NCBI GenBank assembly: GCA_014905635.1
Contig: CM026548.1
Coordinates: 620,001 to 684,000 of the forward strand
Source of the DNA: Scenedesmus sp. PABB004
Lineage: Eukaryota
DNA length: 64,000 bases
Reading direction: 5' to 3'
How positions within the stretch are numbered: the stretch's first letter is position 1; each line of letters starts with the position of its first letter. Below, piece by piece: positions 59,598 to 64,000 of the stretch. A program made the position numbers and the translations under genes. The notes below the pieces were generated by a model that made no database searches, was not told where the DNA came from, and worked only from the letters and a program-made list of their open reading frames with translations.

Positions 59598-62500
59598 TCA
59601 CCTCGGCGCCGGCTGCGCGCCATTCGGCGCCGCGCCGGCGCCGGCCCTGCCCCCGAACGGGCAGCGCGGCGCCGCCGCCGCGGGCGGCGCCGCGCCGCGC
59701 GCGCCGGCGACGCCGTGCGGGCCAAACGCGCCGCCGGCCGCGGCGGTGCTGTCGCCCCACGCCGCCGAGCCGTCCTCGTCGCCGTCCTCCTCCTCGCCGA
59801 CCGCGCCGAGGCGCAGCGCGCCGCGCCAGTCGCCGCCCGTCGACTCGCTGTGCTCCAGGTAGATGCTCTTCTCCGTCGCATAGAGCGCGTCCCCGCTGCC
59901 CGCGCCGTCGGCGGCGGTGTAGCCCTCCGCGGCGAGCTCCTCCTCCCAGCTGCAGCTCACGGTGCCGGGCCGGCCGCTGGGCGCGGCGCTGCCGCTGCCG
60001 GCCGACCGCGCGCCGGGCGCCGCGAGCCCGCCCGGCGTGAGCGGGCCGCCGGTGCGGCTGCCGGTCGCGCCGCCGCCGCCGCCGCCGCGCAGCGCGCCGG
60101 CGCCGCCCGCCGCCGCGAGGCGCGCCTGCTGCTGTGCGGCGAGCGCGGCCTGCTGCTTCACGCTCATGCTGTGCTTGCGCGTGAGGTGGGACTCTATGTC
60201 ATAGTAGGCCAGCGGCGCCGTCGAGCAGCGCAGCGCCGCGCGCATCGCCTGCAGGCGCGTGAGTATGACGTCCAGCGTCGGCCTGGGGCAGACGGCGGGC
60301 GGGTTGGTTGGCGGGCGGGGAGGGCGGGCGGGCGGGAAGGAAAGAGGGGAGGGCGGGCGAGTCGGGGCGGAGCGGCGCGCGGCCGGGGCAGGGGCAGGGG
60401 GGCGAAGGAGCGGCAAAGGGGCTCGGCGGCGGCGGCGCGGCGCGCGCACCGGTTGGCGGGGTTGGGGTCCCAGCACTCGGCGGTCAGCGCGGCGTAGTCC
60501 TCCGGCGCGTCCGCCGGCCACTCGGGGCGGCGGTGCAGCAGCGTGATCTGGTGCCCCAGCAGCGCGCGCGGGATGCCGCGGAATACGTGCTTCGCCGTGT
60601 ACAGCTCCCACAGCACCTGCCGCACGTGCGGCGGCGGAGGCGCGGCGCGGCGGCGGCGCAGCTCGTCGGCACGTGTCGGCGCGCGCGGCTCCGGCCGGCC
60701 GGGCGTGCTGCGGGTCGGCGCGAGACCGCGGCGCGCGGCGCGACGCGGCGCGGCGGCGCGGGCGCACCATGCCGAGCGCGTAGACGTCGGCGGCCTTGCT
60801 GATGTGGCCCTTGATCATGATCTCGGGCGCCATGTGCGTCATCGTGCCCTGCGCGACGCGCACCGCGGGCGCTCGGCGGCGCGCGCGGCCGCGCGGGCCC
60901 GCCGCCGCCGCCGGCGCCGCCGCGCGGGCGCGCATCACACGCCCCCGCACGCGCCGGCCCTGCCCGCCCCGCCGCCGCTGCGCGCCTGGAAGGCGTTTGA
61001 GAGGTGGGTCTCCATGTGGTCCATCTTCACCGCCAGCCCAAAGTCGGCGACCTTGCTCGTCGCGCCGCGGCCCTCGCTGCCGCTCGACTTGAGCATGATG
61101 TTGCGCGCCTGGCGTCGGCGGCGGTTTGGTGCGACACGGCACAGCGCGGTTTAGGTTGAGGTGAGTGGGAATGAGCAGTGAGCGACAGTGGCGCGGCGCG
61201 CGGCGGGGGCGGGCGCGGGGAGCGCGGCGGCGGGCCCGAAGCGTCGGGGCCCGCGCAGCGGAGAGCGCGGCTGCCAGACCCGCCCCCGCGCCGCGCGCCG
61301 CCGCGCCGCCGCGCCGCGCCGCGCCGCCGCGCGCGCCTTGAGGTCGCTGTGCAGCACGTTGCACGTGTGCAGGTGCGCGACGGCGGTCGCGATCTCGACC
61401 GCCGTGTCGAGCACCGCCGGGTAGTTGAGCCCCCCGTCGGGGAGGTTGAACGCGCCCAGGTCGAGCGCCTCGCGCAGCGACCCGCGGTCGCAGTACTCGC
61501 ACAGCAGCCGCACCTGCGCGCGCGGGCGGGCGGGCGTGGCCGCGCGAGCGCGTGAGTGTGCGAGCGTGTGTGTTGTGTGTTTGGGGCGGGAGGAGGGAGG
61601 GAGGGAGGAGCGAGGGAGGGAGGAGGCGGCGCGGGGCGCCGCGCGGGCAGGCGGCGCACCTCGTACGAGTGCACGCCCGCGTTCTCGCCCGCCGTCATGC
61701 CACCCGCGCCCGCGGCGGCGGCGCCGCCCGACGACACGCCGCCGGTGCTGTCGGCGGTGCTGCCCATGAGCAGGAGCTGCTTCTCACTCGGTCCCCCGCG
61801 GCTGCTGTTGTCCTTGAGGGGCTTGATGTCGTACGTGTAGGTCTGCGGCGGGGACGCGCGGCGAAGGGCGGGCGGCGCAGGGTTGAGAGTTGAGGTCAGC
61901 CGGGCAGCCGCGTGGGCGCGTGGGCGTGTGGGCGCGCTGACAGAGACTTGCGAGCGCCTGCCCGCAGCCCCGTGCGCGCGCCGGCCGCCGCGGCGTCACG
62001 GGCCGCGGCGGCAGGCGGCGGCGGCGGCGCGCCTGCATGATGTTGGGGTGACTCAGCGCCGACGAGATGGCCGCCTCCATGATCGCCCTGCGGCGCGGCG
62101 CGGCGCGGCGCGTTGGGCGAGGCGGTGGGGCGCGCGGTGCTGCAGTCGCCCGCGCAAGTCTGCCCCTGAGCGCGGAGGGGGGGGGGCAATGCAACGCCTC
62201 GCTCACATCTTCTCGCGCTTCTCCTGCCCGCTCATGGCCTCCGGCAGCACGATCGTCTTGATCGCGACCACGCTGCCCTTCCACAGGCCCTTGTAGACCT
62301 GCAGAGGGGACGGACACATCGCGGCGGCGGCGGGCGGGGTCGGCGCGCGCGCCGCGGCCGCGGCGGCGGGCGCGCGCCGCGGCGCGAAGGCCGCGGCGCC
62401 GGCGGCGCGCGGGCGCACGGCCTGCGTGTGACCGCCCGCGCGGCGCACCTTGCCGTACGTGCCCTCGCCGAGCAGCTCGAGGCACTGGATGTGGTTCTCC

Positions 62501-63838
62501 TCCGCGGTGGAGATGTTGGCGCGCGCGAGCTCGCGCCGCACCGCCTCGATGCGGTCTGCGCGCGGCGGTTAGGGGGCGCGCGGGTCAGCCGGCCGGCCCG
62601 CCACGCAGGCGGCGGCGGCTGCGGTGCAGCGCGCGGCGCGCGGCGGCGCGGCGCGGCGCGCACCCAGCGCCATGCTGTGCCGGTTGCCCATGCCGCTGCT
62701 GCCGCTGTTGGTCGCGGTGCCGCCGCTCGCCGCGGGCTGCGTGCCGACGAGCGCGGCGGCCTGGCTCTGGCAGTCGGCGATCGCCGCGAGCGCCTGGGGG
62801 CTGTTCTCGCCGGGGCCGCAGGGGAAGCAGGCGATGAGGCCCGACATGCGGTAGAGCAGCGCCTCGGCGCGCGCCTTCTCCTCCTCCAGCCACGCCGTCG
62901 TGCTGGCGAGCTTGTCGTTCGCCGCCTGCGCACGCAATCGCGGGGCGGGGCGGCGCGGGGCGCCGCGTGGGCCGCCGCCGCCGCACACACGCGGGCTCGC
63001 GCGCCGTGCGCCGCGCCAGCCCCCGGGTGGCCTGACGAGCCGGGCCAGCTTCTCTCAACGCACGGGCACTCCCTCGCACGCGAGCGCTCCCGTCCGAAGG
63101 TTGCTCCCCCATATATACAAACCACTACACCGCGCCGCGCACCTGCAGCTCGAGCGTGAGGCGCTCGTACTTGTCCTTGAGGTCGGCCTCCGCGGCGCGC
63201 TGCTCCGCGAGCAGGATGTAGTCGGCGCTGATGTCGTGCAGCGGGATGTCGCTCAGGAACACGCCGCTCGCCTGCGCGGGCGGGCGGCGGGCGGCGGGGC
63301 GTGTTAGTTGTTAGTTTTCGCGTTGTGTTGCGTCACGGCGACTGATGCCACGTCTGTGTGGTATTGAGGCGGGCGGCAAAGGCAGCGCGGCGGCGCCGGG
63401 GCCCTCTGCTGCCCCCTGCCCCTCCCTGCAGCGCCCCGCCGTGCCCCGTGTGCTCGCCTGCATCTCGCCGAGCCCGCGCACGCGCGGGGAGCCGAGGAAG
63501 ACGAGCACGCGGCACGGCGACGACGCGCCTGCCGGGCGGGCGGGTGGGGGGCGGGCGCGCGGGCGGCGGCACGCGCGGCGGGCGTGAGCGGCGGAGGAGC
63601 GAGGGGCCGCAACGCACGCCCCCGCGCGCGCGCGCGCGCGCGCGGGACAGAGAGGCGAGACAGGCGGCCGCGAGCGCGGAGCGGGCCCGCCGCGCGCCGC
63701 ACCCGGCAGCGTGACCTCTGTCGGCAGCATCTGTCCCTTGAGCGTGACGAGGCTCGCGCGCGCCTGCAGCACAAAGTGGTTGTTCGTGTGCAGCGCGATC
63801 GCGGCAAAGTCGAGCTGCACGTGCGCGGGGTGCTTGAA
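59598..63838 (-). CDS. HNOBA (sGC-type PAS + signalling helix) fused to TKL/Raf-like Ser/Thr kinase; 5' end lies beyond the window
   Basis: In-frame spliced exons: LKGQM...VLVFLGSPRVRGLGEMQASGVFLSDIPLHDISADYILLAEQ...LEEEKARAEALLYRM, then LGEGTYGKVYKG, VAIK, HPNIMQ, EYCDRGSL, HSDLKARNIML, DFGL, GTMTHMAPE, DVYALG, CWDPNPANRP. Confidence 0.9.
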
Positions 63839-64000
63839 CTGCACGCGGGCGGGCGCGGCGCGGGGACCGGGGCGCGCGAGTGGGCGTGGGCGCGGCGCGA
63901 GGGGGCTCAGCGCGGCGCCCGCGCGCAGCGGCCGCCGCAGCGCAGACGCCACGGCGGCCGCCGCCGCCGAGCCCTCCCGGCAGCCGCCGCCGCGCGCCCA

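Noticed and set aside
1..64000. Hundreds of long overlapping Arg/Ala/Pro-rich ORFs, including antisense ORFs over 700 aa (e.g. 37743-40919, 44017-46953)
   Set aside because: Expected from stop-codon scarcity at very high GC. They have no domain motifs and overlap well-supported spliced genes.
1..64000. Transposase/RT-encoding mobile elements, tRNA or rRNA genes
   Set aside because: No transposase, RT or integrase motifs, cloverleafs or rRNA-like sequence recognised by eye; a covariance-model search was not possible.

Overview
Gene-dense, extremely GC-rich eukaryotic nuclear DNA from a green alga (chlorophyte). The lineage call rests on TGTAA poly(A) signals, TTTAGGG-like repeats, OPR proteins, FAP74 and plastid/mitochondrial targeting; the species cannot be fixed from sequence alone. 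Most long six-frame ORFs are GC-content artefacts. The real genes are about 22 intron-rich CDSs, which I reconstructed by hand: a TPT-family transporter (partial), RPS10, an ammonium transporter, two OPR/RAP-like helical-repeat proteins, FAP74, a membrane hypothetical, SnRK1/AMPK beta, a CaMK-like kinase, a degenerate LpxB, mitochondrial bL35, a small helical hypothetical, WDR48/UAF1, two RING-H2 ligases, rhodanese STR11, a START/polyketide-cyclase protein, eRF1, plastid pyruvate kinase, a Nudix hydrolase, an LYR protein, and a kinase running off the right edge. The best candidate for an undescribed system is that last gene. It fuses the HNOBA PAS-like domain and signalling helix of NO-sensing soluble guanylate cyclases to a TKL/Raf-like Ser/Thr kinase instead of a cyclase. 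Other highlights are an unusually high rate of GC-AG introns (23 counted, all AG|GC), a probable LpxB pseudo-enzyme, adjacent perfect palindromes in a FAP74 intron, tandem mini-uORFs before FAP74, a structured RPS10 5'UTR, and recurrent 1-nt frameshifts that are probably assembly errors. Exon boundaries are manual and may be off by a few nt.
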